From Nemertoderma westbladi (taxonomy: Eukaryota > Animalia > Xenacoelomorpha), in NCBI GenBank assembly GCA_032718475.1, contig JAUCBJ010002865.1:1-57142 (forward strand): a stretch of DNA of 57,142 nt. The letters are read 5' to 3'. A model generated the notes under the pieces. That model did no database searches. It was not told the DNA's origin and saw only the letters and a list, made by a program, of their open reading frames with translations. Positions 24,243 to 38,621 of this stretch are shown here, piece by piece (the first letter of the stretch is position 1; each line of letters starts with the position of its first letter). A program made the position numbers and the translations under genes.

Positions 24243-24549
24243 GCACTCATCGCCACTCGATCCCGGGTGCTCCGTTACCGCACTCATCGCCACTCGATCC
24301 CGGGTGCTCCGTTACCGCACTCATCGCCACTCGATCCCGGGTGCTCCGTTACCGCACTCATCGCCACTCGATCCCGGGTGCTCCGTTACCGCACTCATCG
24401 CCACTCGATCCCGGGTGCTCCGTTACCGCACTCATCGCCACTCGATCCCGGGTGCTCCGTTACCGCACTCATCGCCACTCGATCACGGGTGCTCCGTTAC
24501 CCGTTGAGCACTCATCGCCACTCGATCCCGGGTGCTCCGTTACCCGTTG
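24243..24549. repeat. 37-bp GC-rich tandem array, about 8 copies (GCACTCATCGCCACTCGATCCCGGGTGCTCCGTTACC)
   Basis: Head-to-tail copies without spacers. Confidence 0.95.
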
Positions 24550-25004
24550 ACACAAAAGAGTTTCAAGCCAAACACATTTCTTCGCTCGCCAACCCTAAAA
24601 TGTATTAATAATTGATTAGTTTACGTGACATGAGCAATGAATAGCTAATGAACCATCAATGTGAAGCAACAATTATATGAATAATTACTGCGGGGTAGAA
24701 TTGACGTCAAATATGAATATGATTAAAAGAAAAGTTCAGCGCGAGTTTTTCGTCCAGTTCTGAGACTAATTAATTCAATTCAGCTCTTTAATTTTGTGTG
24801 ATAACGCTTTAGGGGAGTGGCTTATTAGGCGACAAAACGTTGAAATCGTTAAAAGTGATAAAATGATGTTGTGTGTACCTAGGGAAATGTCAAAAATCCA
24901 ATTATCCATGAAACCTGACCAAATTAACTCTACTTGGTCGGACAATTATTGATGGACGATTCAGAATTATATGATATTTTACGAATATTGAGAATATAAA
25001 TTTT

Positions 25005-28000
25005 GCCAATCCAGATATCAAATGGAATCATTGTGGCGCCAAACCAGATATCAAATGGAATCATTGTGGCGCCAAACCAGATATCAAATGGAATCATTGT
25101 GGCGCCAAACCAGATATCAAATGGAATCATTGTGGCGCCAAACCAGATATGAAATGGAATCATTGTGGCGCCAAACCAGATATCATATGGAATCATTGTG
25201 GCGCCAAACCAGATATCAAATGGAATCATTGTGGCGCCAAACCAGATATCAAATGGAATCATTGTGGCGCCAAACCAGATATCAAATGGAATCATTGTGG
25301 CACCAAACCAGATATCAAATGGAATCATTGTGGCGCCAAACCAGATATCAAATGGAATCATTGTGGCGCCAAACCAGATATCAAATGGAATCATTGTGGC
25401 GCCAAACCAGATATCAAATGGAATCATTGTGGCGCCAAACCAGATATGAAATGGAATCATTGTGGCGCCAAACCAGATATCATATGGAATCATTGTGGCG
25501 CCAAACCAGATATCAAATGGAATCATTGTGGGGGCCAAACCAGATATCAAATGGAATCGTTGTGGCGCCAAACCAGATATCAAATGGAATCCTTGTGGCG
25601 CCAAACCAGTTATCAAATGGAATCATTGTGGGGGCCAAACCAGATATCAAATGGAATCATTGTGGCGCCAAACCAGATATCAAATGGAATCATTGTGGCG
25701 CCAAACCAGATATCAAATGGAATCATTGTGGCGCCAAACCAGATATGAAATGGAATCATTGTGGCGCCAAACCAGATATCATATGGAATCATTGTGGCGC
25801 CAAACCAGATATCAAATGGAATCATTGTGGCGCCAAACCAGATATCAAATGGAATCATTGTGGCGCCAAACCAGATATCAAATGGAATCATTGTGGCACC
25901 AAACCAGATATCAAATGGAATCATTGTGGCGCCAAACCAGATATCAAATGGAATCATTGTGGCGCCAAACCAGATATCAAATGGAATCATTGTGGCGCCA
26001 AACCAGATATCAAATGGAATCATTGTGGCGCCAAACCAGATATCAAATGGAATAATTGTGGCGCCAAACCAGATATCAAATGGAATCATTGTGGCGCCAA
26101 ACCAGGTATCAAATGGAATCATTGTGGCGCCAAACCAGATATCAAATGGAATCATTGTGGGGGCCAAACCAGATATCAAATGGAATCGTTGTGGCGCCAA
26201 ACCAGATATCAAATGGAATCCTTGTGGCGCCAAACCAGATATCAAATGGAATCATTGTGGGGGCCAAACCAGATATCAAATGGAATCCTTGTGGCGCCAA
26301 ACCAGATATCAAATGGAATCATTGTGGCGCCAAACCAGATATCAAATGGAATCATTGTGGCGCCAAACCAGATATCAAATGGAATCATTGTGGCGCCAAA
26401 CCAGATATCAAATGGAATCATTGTGGCGCCAAACCAGATATCAAATGGAATCATTGTGGCGCCAAACCAGGTATCAAATGGAATCCTTGTGGCGCCAAAC
26501 CAGATATCAAATGGAATCATTGTGGCGCCAAACCAGATATCAAATGGAATCATTGTGGCGCCAAACCAGATATAAAATGGAATCATTGTGGCGCCAAACC
26601 AGGTATCAAATGGAATCCTTGTGGCGCCAAACCAGATATCAAATGGAATCATTGTGGCGCCAAACCAGATATCAAATGGAATCATTGTGGCGCCAAACCA
26701 GATATCAAATGGAATCGTTGTGGCGCCAAACCAGATATCAAATGGAATCCTTGTGGCGCCAAACCAGTTATCAAATGGAATCATTGTGGGGGCCAAACCA
26801 GATATCAAATGGAATCATTGTGGCGCCAAACCAGATATCAAATGGAATCATTGTGGCGCAATACCAGATATCAAATGGAATCATTGTGGGGGCCAAACCA
26901 GATATCAAATGGAATCGTTGTGGCGCCAAACCAGATATCAAATGGAATCCTTGTGGCGCCAAACCAGATATCAAATGGAATCATTGTGGGGGCCAAACCA
27001 GATATCAAATGGAATCCTTGTGGCGCCAAACCAGATATCAAATGGAATCATTGTGGCGCCAAACCAGATATCAAATGGAATCATTGTGGCGCCAAACCAG
27101 ATATCAAATGGAATCATTGTGGCGCCAAACCAGATATCAAATGGAATCATTGTGGCGCCAAACCAGATATCATATGGAATCATTGTGGCGCCAAACCAGA
27201 TATCAAATGGAATCATTGTGGCGCCAAACCAGGTATCAAATGGAATCCTTGTGGCGCCAAACCAGATATCAAATGGAATCATTGTGGCGCCAAACCAGAT
27301 ATCATATGGAATCATTGTGGCGCCAAACCAGATATAAAATGGAATCATTGTGGCGCCAAACCAGATATCAAATGGAATCATTGTGGCGCCAAACCAGATA
27401 TCAAATGGAATCATTGTGGCGCCAAACCAGGTATCAAATGGAATCATTGTGGCGCCAAACCAGATATCAAATGGAATCATTGTGGCGCCAAACCAGATAT
27501 CAAATGGAATCCTTGTGGCGCCAAACCAGATATCAAATTGAATCATTGTGGCGCCAAACCAGATATCAAATGGAATCATTGTGGCGCCAAACCAGATATC
27601 AAATGGAATCATTGTGGCGCCAAACCAGGTATCAAATGGAATCCTTGTGGCGCCAAACCAGATATCAAATGGAATCATTGTGGCGCCAAACCAGATATCA
27701 AATGGAATCATTGTGGCGCCAAACCAGATATAAAATGGAATCATTGTGGCGCCAAACCAGATATCAAATGGAATCATTGTGGCGCCAAACCAGATATCAT
27801 ATGGAATCATTGTGGCGCCAAAGCAGATATCAAATGGAATCATTGTGGCGCAATACCAGATATCAAATGGAATCATTGTGGCGCCAAACCAGATATAAAA
27901 TGGAATCATTGTGGCGCCAAACCAGATATCAAATGGAATCATTGTGGCGCCAAACCAGATATCAAATGGAATCATTGTGGCGCCAAAGCAGATATCAAAT

Positions 28001-28332
28001 GGAATCATTGGGGCGCCAAACCAGATATCAAATGGAATCATTGTGGCGCCAAAGCAGATATCAAATGGAATCATTGTGGCGCAATACCAGATATCAAATG
28101 GAATCATTGTGGCGCCAAACCAGATATCAAATGGAATCATTGTGGCGCCAAACCAGATATCAAATGGAATCCTTGTGGCGCCAAACCAGATATCAAATGG
28201 AATCATTGTGGCGCCAAAGCAGATATCAAATGGAATCATTGTGGCGCCAATCCAGATATCAAATGGAATCATTGTGGCGCCAAACCAGATATCAAATGGA
28301 ATCATTGTGGCGCCAAACCAGATATCAAATGG
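25005..28332. repeat. 33-bp tandem array, about 100 copies (CCAAACCAGATATCAAATGGAATCATTGTGGCG)
   Basis: Direct periodicity; occasional 34-bp GGGGG variants shift the reading frame. Confidence 0.97.
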
Positions 28333-28794
28333 ACAACTGTTGGTACACGGCTGGCACCGTGGTTCAGTTTTCTGGTTTTGTTAGTTTAATCGACAACTGC
28401 TGTAAACGTCCCAAATAATATACAAAACCTAGTAAACCTAGTTACATTACAATTGAGCTTAGCCTGAGTTGATGACAGTATTATAACGAGGACAATAGGC
28501 CCTAGATACGAGATATAATAATGATGTACTGCTTGACTAACTGTACTAACTTGTACTAACTGACTGAATAGAAATAGAACAATAATAATATAATTAATGT
28601 ACGTAACTCCAGTTGACAATAAGTAGTGAAATGTTGTTCAGCTGTCAAAGTGTAGTCTGTGTGTCTGTCACACTGGCACCAGCTACGACGGAGATGCTGT
28701 TATAATATAATGAACTATTCAAACATTCATAATATAAAAGGAGGAAAACCAGAAAGATACTCAGAGTTGTTTATATGTTTTAACATCCATATAA

Positions 28795-28954
28795 TGTATA
28801 AATTATTAAGCAAATTAAACAGGACTTAGGATGATCCAACTCTATAGAAAATGGAGCGGAAAAAATGATTTTTCGTTGATAATTTTTTCCTCCATTTCTT
28901 GCTATAGATTTGGATCATCCAAAGTCCTGTTTCAACTACTTAATAATTGATACA
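28795..28954. repeat. About 160-bp imperfect palindrome (hairpin or mini-MITE)
   Basis: AATTATTAAG..AAACAGGACTTAGGATGATCCAACTCTATAG pairs with CTATAGATTTGGATCATCCAAAGTCCTGTTT..CTTAATAATT. Confidence 0.85.
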
Positions 28955-29533
28955 CAAGAGTTTTTTCCCAATTGGACGAAATGAAACATACAGATTACAT
29001 TATTACTGCTGTTCCACGGTTTATGTAATAAATTAGTAGCAGAGGCCCATCCAACAGCAATGTTTTGGGATCACCTTATCGACTTTATATCGGGTCGGCT
29101 TGGTTGGGAATGTCATCACTGCACATTCATTCTACTTTTCCTTATGATATTATCCAATCAAAATGTTTTTAGGTTCAGTCAACTGCTGCTCATCTAACAG
29201 TGTAACAGCATCTCAGATGGAAACAACCCTGTAGTTGATTGGTTATTCAGATGGTTCACTTTAAATGTTGAGAAGGTTTTTAGTTAATTTATTTTATGTA
29301 TTTTAGCTATACAGGTAACAACGGGAATCATTTTATTTCAATCGAATTCCCTCCGATTCGTATTATAATTATAGATTATGTCAACTATCATTACAATTTG
29401 ACTCAAGATTAATTTAATATGAAAGAACTTTATAAATATCTTTATTATAATCAAGAGAAATACTGAAATATAACTATAAAATTATTAGTTCAATAGGAAT
29501 CAACATTACATTAAATAAATTCAGTTTACTAAA

Positions 29534-32500
29534 GTATCAGTATATGTCCCAGCTGGCTCGTCCTACTGTATCAGTAGATGTCCCAGCTGGCTCGTCCTAC
29601 TGTATCAGTAGATGTCCGAGCTGGCTCGTCCTACTGTATCAGTAGATGTCCCAGCTGGCTCGTCCTACTGTATCAGTAGATGTCCCAGCTGGCTCGTCCT
29701 ACTGTATCAGTAGATGTCCCAGCTGGCTCGTCCTACTGTATCAGTAGATGTCCCAGCTGGCTCGTCCTACTGTATCAGTAGATGTCCCAGCTGGCTCGTC
29801 CTACTGTATCAGTAGATGTCCCAGCTGGCTCGTCCTACTGTATCAGTAGATGTCCCAGCTCGCTCGTCCTACAGTATTAGTAGATGTCCCAGCTGGCTCG
29901 TCCTACTATATCAGTAGATGTCCCAGCTCGCTCGTCCTACTGTATAAGTAGATGTCCCAGCTGGCTCGTCCTACTGTATCAGTAGATGTCCCAGCTGGCT
30001 CGTCCTACTGTATCAGTAGATGTCCCAGCTGGCTCGTCCTACTGTATCAGTAGATGTCCCAGCTCGCTCGTCCTACTGTATCAGTAGATGTCCCAGCTCG
30101 CTCGTCCTACAGTATTAGTAGATGTCCCAGCTGGCTCGTCCTACTATATCAGTAGATGTCCCAGCTCGCTCGTCCTACTGTATAAGTAGATGTCCCAGCT
30201 GGCTCGTCCTACTGTATCAGTAGATGTCCCAGCTGGATCGTCCTACTGTATCAGTATATGTCCCAGCTGGCTCGTCCTACTGTATCAGTAGATGTCCCAG
30301 CTGGCTCGTCCTACTGTATCAGTAGATGTCCCAGCTGGATCGTCCTACTGTATAAGTAGATGTCCCAGCTGGCTCGTCCTACTGTATCAGTAGATGTCCC
30401 AGCTGGCTCGTCCTACTGTATCAGTAGATGTCCCAGCTGGCTCGTCCTACTGTATCAGTAGATGTCCCAGCTGGCTCGTCCTACTGTATCAGTAGATGTC
30501 CCAGTTCGCTCGTCCTACTGTATCAGTAGATGTTCCAGCTGGCTCGTCCTACTGTATAAGTAGATGTCCCAGCTGGCTCGTCCTACTGTATCAGTAGATG
30601 CCCCAGCTGGATCGTCCTACTGTATCAGTAGATGTCCCAGCTGGGTCGTCCTACTGTATCAGTAGATGTCCCAGCTGGGTCGTCCTACTGTATAAGTAGA
30701 TGTCCCAGCTGGCTCGTCCTACTGTATCAGTAGATGTCCCAGCTGGCTCGTCCTACTGTATCAGTAGATGCCCCAGCTGGATCGTCCTACTGTATCAGTA
30801 GATGTCCCAGCTGGGTCGTCCTACTGTATAAGTAGATGTCCCAGCTGGCTCGTCCTACTGTATCAGTAGATGTCCCAGCTCGCTCGTCCTACTGTATCAG
30901 TAGATGTCCCAGCTGGCTCGTCCTACTGTATCAGTAGATGTCCCAGCTGGCTCGTCCTACTGTATCAGTAGATGTCCCAGCTGGATCGTCCTACTGTATA
31001 AGTAGATGTCCCAGCTGGCTCGTCCTACTGTATCAGTAGATGTCCCAGCTGGCTCGTCCTACTGTATCAGTAGATGTCCCAGCTGGCTCGTCCTACTGTA
31101 TCAGTAGATGTCCCAGCTCGCTCGTCCTACTGTATCAGTAGATGTCCCAGCTCGCTCGTCCTACAGTATTAGTAGATGTCCCAGCTGGCTCGTCCTACTA
31201 TATCAGTAGATGTCCCAGCTCGCTCGTCCTACTGTATAAGTAGATGTCCCAGCTGGCTCGTCCTACTGTATCAGTAGATGTCCCAGCTGGATCGTCCTAC
31301 TGTATAAGTAGATGTCCCAGCTGGCTCGTCCTACTGTATCAGTAGATGTCCCAGCTGGCTCGTCCTACTGTATCAGTAGATGTCCCAGCTGGCTCGTCCT
31401 ACTGTATCAGTAGATGTCCCAGCTGGCTCGTCCTACTGTATCAGTAGATGTCCCGGCTGGCTCGTCCTACTGTATTAGTAGTATCAGTAGATGTCCCAGC
31501 TGGCTCGTCCTACTGTATCAGTAGATGTACCGGCTGGCTCGTCCTACTGTATTAGTAGTATCAGTAGATGTCCCAGCTGGCTCGTCCTACAGTATCAGTA
31601 TATGTCCCAGCTGGCTCGTCCTACTATATCAGTAGATGTCCCAGCTGGCTCGTCCTACTGTATCAGTAGATGTCCCAGCTGGCTCGTCCTACTGTATCAG
31701 TAGATGTCCCAGCTGGCTCGTCCTACTGTATCAGTAGATGTCCCAGCTCGCTCGTCCTCCTGTATCAGTAGATGTTCCAGCTGGCTCGTCCTACTGTATC
31801 AGTAGATGTCCCAACTGGCTCGTCCTACTGTATAAGTAGATGTCCCAGCTGGCTCGTCCTACTGTATCAGTAGATGTCCCAGATCGCTCGTCCTCCTGTA
31901 TCAGTAGATGTTCCAGCTGGCTCGTCCTACTGTATCAGTAGATGTCCCAACTGGCTCGTCCTACTGTATCAGTAGATGTCCCGGCTGGCTCGTCCTACTG
32001 TATCAGTAGATGTTCCAGCTGGCTCGTCCTACTGTATCAGTAGATGTCCCAACTGGCTCGTCCTACTGTATCAGTAGATGTCCCGGCTGGCTCGTCCTAC
32101 TGTATCAGTAGATGTCCCAACTGGCTCGTCCTACTGTATCAGTAGATGTTCCAGCTGGCTCGTCCTACTGTATCAGTAGATGTCCCAACTGGCTCGTCCT
32201 ACTGTATCAGTAGATGTCCCGGCTGGCTCGTCCTACTGTATCAGTAGATGTTCCAGCTGGCTCGTCCTACTGTATCAGTAGATGTCCCAACTGGCTCGTC
32301 CTACTGTATCAGTAGATGTCCCGGCTGGCTCGTCCTACTGTATCAGTAGATGTCCCAGCTGGCTCGTCCTACTGTATCAGTAGATGTCCCAGCTGGCTCG
32401 TCCTACTGTATCAGTAAATGTCCCAGCTGGCTCGTCCTACTGTATCAGTAGATGTCCCAGCTGGCTCGACCTACTGTATCAGTAGATGTCCCAGCTGGGT

Positions 32501-35500
32501 CGTCCTACTGTATCAGTAGATGCCCCAGCTGGATCGTCCTACTGTATCAGTAGATGTCCCAGCTGGGTCGTCCTACTGTATCAGTAGATGTCCCAGCTGG
32601 GTCGTCCTACTGTATAAGTAGATGTCCCAGCTGGCTCGTCCTACTGTATCAGTAGATGTCCCAGCTGGCTCGTCCTACTGTATCAGTAGATGCCCCAGCT
32701 GGATCGTCCTACTGTATCAGTAGATGTCCCAGCTGGGTCGTCCTACTGTATAAGTAGATGTCCCAGCTGGCTCGTCCTACTGTATCAGTAGATGTCCCAG
32801 CTCGCTCGTCCTACTGTATCAGTAGATGTCCCAGCTCGCTCGTCCTACAGTATTAGTAGATGTCCCAGCTGGCTCGTCCTACTATATCAGTAGATGTCCC
32901 AGCTCGCTCGTCCTACTGTATAAGTAGATGTCCCAGCTGGCTCGTCCTACTGTATCAGTAGATGTCCCAGCTGGCTCGTCCTACTGTATCAGTAGATGTC
33001 CCAGCTGGCTCGTCCTACTGTATAAGTAGATGTCCCAGCTGGCTCGTCCTACTGTATCAGTAGATGTCCCAGCTCGCTCGTCCTACTGTATAAGTAGATG
33101 TCCCAGCTGGCTCGTCCTACTGTATCAGTAGATGTCCCAGCTGGCTCGTCCTACTGTATCAGTAGATGTCCCAGCTGGCTCGTCCTACTGTATAAGTAGA
33201 TGTCCCAGCTGGCTCGTCCTACTGTATCAGTAGATGTCCCAGCTCGCTCGTCCTACTGTATAAGTAGATGTCCCAGCTGGCTCGTCCTACTGTATCAGTA
33301 GATGTCCCAACTGGCTCGTCCTACTGTATAAGTAGATGTCCCAGCTGGCTCGTCCTACTGTATCAGTAGATGTCCCAGCTCGCTCGTCCTACAGTATCAG
33401 TAGATGTCCCAGCTGGCTCGTCCTACTGTATCAGTAGATGTCCCAGCTCGCTCGTCCTACAGTATCAGTAGATGTCCCAGCTGGCTCGTCCTACTATATC
33501 AGTAGATGTCCCAGCTCGCTCGTCCTACTGTATAAGTAGATGTCCCAGCTCGCTCGTCCTACAGTATCAGTAGATTTCCCGGCTGGCTCGTCCTACTGTA
33601 TTAGTAGTATCAGTAGATGTCCCAGCTGGGTCGTCCTACTGTATCAGTAGATGTCCCAGCTCGCTCGTCCTACTGTATCAGTAGATGTCCCAGCTGGCTC
33701 GTCCTACTGTATCAGTAGATGTCCCAGCTCGCTCGTCCTACTGTATCAGTAGATGTCCCAGCTGGCTCGTCCTACTGTATCAGTAGATGTCCCAGCTGGG
33801 TCGTCCTACTGTATCAGTAGATGTCCCAGCTCGCTCGTCCTACTGTATTAGTAGTATCAGTAGATGTCCCAGCTGGCTCGTCCTACTGTATCAGTAGATG
33901 TCCCGGCTGGCTCGTCCTACTGTATCAGTATATGTCCCAGATCGCTCGTCCTACTGTATCAGTAGATGTCCCAGCTAGCTCGTCCTACTGTATCAGTAGA
34001 TGCCCCGGCTCGCTCGTCCTACTGTATCAGTAGATGTCCCAGCTGGCTCGTCCTACTGTATCAGTAGATGTCCCAGCTGGCTCGTCCTACTGTATAAGTA
34101 GATGTCCCAGCTGGCTCGTCCTACTGTATCAGTAGATGTCCCAGCTGGCTCGTCCTACTGTATAAGTAGATGTCCCAGCTGGCTCGTCCTACTGTATCAG
34201 TAGATGTCCCAGCTGGCTCGTCCTACTGTATAAGTAGATGTCCCAGCTGGATCGTCCTACTGTATCAGTAGATGTCCCAGCTGGCTCGTCCTACTGTATC
34301 AGTAGATGTCCCAGCTCGCTCGTCCTACTGTATCAGTAGATGTCCCAGCTGGCTCGTCCTACTGTATCAGTAGATGTCCCAGCTGGCTCGTCCTACTGTA
34401 TCAGTAGATGTCCCAGCTCGCTCGTCCTACTGTATCAGTAGATGTCCCAGCTCTCTCGTCCTACTGTATCAGTAGATGTCCCAGCTGGCTCGTCCTACTG
34501 TATCAGTAGATGTCCCAGCTGGCTCGTCCTACTGTATCAGTAGATGTCCCAGCTGGCTCGTCCTACTGTATCAGTAGATGTCCCAGCTGGCTCGTCCTAC
34601 TGTATAAGTAGATGTCCCAGCTGGCTCGTCCTACTGTATCAGTAGATGTCCCAGCTGGATCGTCCTACTGTATCAGTAGATGTCCCAGCTCGCTCGTCCT
34701 ACTGTATCAGTATATGTCCCAGCTGGCTCGTCCTACTGTATAAGTGATGTCCCAGCTGGATCGTCCTACTGTATCAGTAGATGTCCCAGCTCGCTCGTCC
34801 TACTGTATCAGTAGATGTCCCAGATCACTCGTCCTACTGTATCAGTAGATGTCCCAGCTGGCTCGTCCTACTGTATCAGTAGATGTCCCAGCTCGCTTGT
34901 CCTACTGTATAAGTAGATGTCCCAGCTGGCTCGTCCTACTGTATCAGTAGATGTCCCGGCTGGCTCGTCCTACTGTATTAGTAGTATCAGTAGATGTCCC
35001 AGCTCGCTCGTCCTACTGTATCAGTAGATGTCCCAGCTGGGTCGTCCTACTGTATTAGTAGATGTCCCAGCTGGCTCGTCCTACTGTATCAGTAGATGTC
35101 CCAGCTAGCTCGTCCTACTGTATCAGTAGATGCCCCGGCTCGCTCGTCCTACTGTATAAGTAGATGTCCCAGCTGGCTCGTCCTACTGTATCAGTAGATG
35201 TCCCAGCTGGATCGTCCTACTGTATCAGTAGATGTCCCAGCTCGCTTGTCCTACTGTATAAGTAGATGTCCCAGCTGGCTCGTCCTACTGTATCAGTAGA
35301 TGTCCCGGCTGGCTCGTCCTACTGTATTAGTAGTATCAGTAGATGTCCCAGCTCGCTCGTCCTACTGTATCAGTAGATGTCCCAGCTGGCTCGTCCTACT
35401 GTATCAGTAGATGTCCCAGCTCGCTTGTCCTACTGTATAAGTAGATGTCCCAGCTGGCTCGTCCTACTGTATCAGTAGATGTCCCGGCTGGCTCGTCCTA

Positions 35501-37630
35501 CTGTATTAGTAGTATCAGTAGATGTCCCAGCTCGCTCGTCCTACTGTATCAGTAGATGTCCCAGCTGGGTCGTCCTACTGTATCAGTAGATGTCCCAGCT
35601 CGCTTGTCCTACTGTATAAGTAGATGTCCCAGCTGGCTCGTCCTACTGTATCAGTAGATGTCCCGGCTGGCTCGTCCTACTGTAGTAGTAGTATCAGTAG
35701 ATGTCCCAGCTCGCTCGTCCTACTGTATCAGTAGATGTCCCAGCTGGGTCGTCCTACTGTATTAGTAGATGTCCCAGCTGGCTCGTCCTACTGTATCAGT
35801 AGATGTCCCAGCTAGCTCGTCCTACTGTATCAGTAGATGCCCCGGCTCGCTCGTCCTACTGTATAAAGTAGATGTCCCAGCTGGCTCGTCCTACTGTATC
35901 AGTAGATGTCCCAGCTGGATCGTCCTACTGTATCAGTAGATGTCCCAGCTGGCTCGTCCTACTGTATTAGTAGTATCAGTAGATGTCCCAGCTGGCTCGT
36001 CCTACTGTATCAGTCAGTAGATGTCCCAGCTGGCTCGTCCTACTGTATCAGTAGATGTCCCAGCTGGCTCGTCCTACTGTATCAGTAGATATCCCAGCTG
36101 GCTCGTCCTACTGTATCAGTAGATGTCCCGGCTGGGTCGTCCTACTGTATTAGTAGTATCAGTAGATGTCCCAGCTCGCTCGTCCTACTGTATCAGTAGA
36201 TGTCCCAGCTGGGTCGTCCTACTGTATCAGTAGATGTCCCGGTTGGCTCGTCCTACTGTATTAGTAGTATCAGTAGATGTCCCAGCTGGCTCGTCCTACT
36301 GTATCAGTCAGTAGATGTCCCAGCTGGCTCGTCCTACTGCATTAGTAGTATCAGTAGATGTCCCAGATCGCTCGTCCTACTGTATCAGTAGATGTCCCAG
36401 CTGGCTAGTCCTACTGTATCAGTAGATATCCCAGCTGGCTCGTCCTACTGTATCAGTAGATGTCCCGGCTGGCTCGTCCTACTGTATTAGTAGATATCCC
36501 AGCTGGCTCGTCCTACTGTATCAGTAGATGTCCCGGCTGGCTCGTCCTACTGTAGTAGTAGTATCAGTAGATGTCCCAGCTCGCTCGTCCTACTGTATCA
36601 GTAGATGATGTCCCAGCTGGGTCGTCCTACTGTATCAGTAGATGTCCCGGTTGGCTCGTCCTACTGTATTAGTAGTATCAGTAGATGTCCCAGCTGGCTC
36701 GTCCTACTGTATCAGTAGATGCCCCAGCTGGCTCGTCCTACTGTATCAGTAGATGTCCCAGCTGGCTCGTCCTACTGTATCAGTAGATGTCCCGGCTGGC
36801 TCGTCCTACTGTATTAGTAGTATCAGTAGATGTCCCAGCTGGCTCGTCCTACTGTATCAGTAGATGTACCGGCTGGCTCGTCCTCCTGTATTAGTAGTAT
36901 CAGTAGATGTCCCAGCTGGGTCGTCCTACTGTATCAGTGGATGTCCCAGCTGGCTCGTCCTACAGTATCAGAAGATATCCCAGCTGGCTCGTCCTACTGT
37001 ATTAGTAGTATCAGTAGATGTCCCAGCTGGGTCGTCCTACTGTATCAGTAGATGTCCCAGCTGGCTCGTCCTACTGTATCAGTAGATGTCCCAGCTGGCT
37101 CGTCCTACAGTATCAGTAGATGTCCCAGCTCGCTCGTCCTACTGTATCAGTAGATGTCCCAACTGGCTCGTCCTACTGTATAAGTAGATGTCCCAGCCAG
37201 CTTGTCCTACAGTATCCGTAGATGTCCCGGCTGGCTCGTCCTACTGTATTAGTAGTATCAGTAGATGTCCCAGCTGGCTCGTCCTACTGTATCAGTAGAT
37301 GTCCCGGCTGGCTCGTCCTACTGCATTAGTAGTATCAGTAGATGTCCCAGATGGCTCGTCCTACAGTATCAGTAGATGTCCCAGTTAGCTCGTCCTACTG
37401 TATCAGTAGATGTCCCAGCTGGCTCGTCCTACTGTATCAGTAGATGTCCCAGCTGGCTCGTCCTACTGTATCAGTAGATGTCCCAGCTGGCTCGTCCTAC
37501 AGTATCAGTGTCGCAGCTGGCTCATCCTACTGTATCAGTAGATGTCCCATCTGGCTCGTCCTACTGTATTAGTAGTATCAGTAGATGTCCCAGCTCGCAC
37601 GTCCTACTGTATTAGTAGATCAGTAGATGT
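29534..37630. repeat. 34-bp tandem array, about 235 copies (TGTATCAGTAGATGTCCCAGCTGGCTCGTCCTAC)
   Basis: Direct periodicity; 43-bp variants (extra 9 bp) become more frequent toward the right end. Confidence 0.97.
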
Positions 37631-37959
37631 AGAAGATGTTATCACCTTCAGCAAGGTCAGCTGACCTTGTACCCAGCTTACAATGTTTCAAAACTTATAT
37701 TTTTCTCATTAAATTCATATTTTTTAACATCTTATATGTTCGTAATAAATTATATCTTGTAAATAAGTGAGATCGCTGTTCAATTGGAGTTTGAAATAAT
37801 CAGTTTCCCTCATTGAATTTTAAACATTTGAACTTCTTTTAAACTTCAAAACTTTATTTCTAGAATTCATAATTGTTGAAAAATAAGTCAGTTAATAAAG
37901 TTATCTGTTTATGTTGTGTATTATATGTTTAAATCAATTAAAATTGAAGAGATTACTAA

Positions 37960-38059
37960 ATGAAAATGTATATAAATCTCATAGTTACTGCAATAATAGT
38001 GATGAATTCAGTAAGAGTTATTATTACTGACAATGGAACAGAAATAGTACCTGATCCTA
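37960..38059 (+). CDS. Predicted first coding exon (signal peptide) of the Cys-loop receptor subunit gene
   Basis: ATG..MKMYINLIVTAIIVMNSVRVIITDNGTEIVPDP plus 1 nt, then GTAAGT at 38060. Phase 1 joins in frame to the exon at 45605; the N-terminus is hydrophobic. Confidence 0.6.
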
Positions 38060-38621
38060 GTAAGTACCCTTTAATAATGTGATTTCTTTTGCTTTTTTTG
38101 GTAGAACTATTGTTATTGGTTGATTTAAGTTTAAATTAGTTAAATGAAATATTTGTGCTATTAATTTTGCTCGCGGCTTAACCGAGAGCATCTTACATAA
38201 ATACTTAAATGGAGTATTTAATTGGCCTTTAATTTGGATTAAGTTAGTTTATTGACCCCCCTACCTCTACTATTGGTTATTTTGAGTGAAAACGTGCTAA
38301 TTACTAATTTTGTGACATAATACCTTAATCAATAAACATATATCTCTATTATTTACGTATATAAACAAGTAATCTAATAATCAGTCAACAAACAATATTA
38401 TTGAAAAGGAAAGATAAATCAGTCGTGTTACTGTAATATCGCCATTCCATGCCATGGTACTTTCAATGGTTGTGTATCACAAACTGTTAATAGATAACAT
38501 ACAATGATACAGTGAACAGATTGCACCAATTGAATTATTACCTAATCTGAGTTCTCACATCCATTCTATTATGGATAGTAATATTTATTGACGGTTGTCA
38601 CCGGTTATTACCTGCTATTGT

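Noticed and set aside
24243-24549. CRISPR-like repeat length (37 bp; other arrays are similar in size)
   Set aside because: Units are head-to-tail with no unique spacers, there are no cas genes, and the context is eukaryotic.
24930-28418. ORFs up to 885 aa in the 33-bp array
   Set aside because: The unit is stop-free in all three plus frames, and 34-bp variants shift frames freely; a repeat artefact.
29250-29320. Alternative first exon for the receptor ending at CAG|GTAAC
   Set aside because: Upstream ATG frames hit stops before the donor; 37960-38059 fits better.
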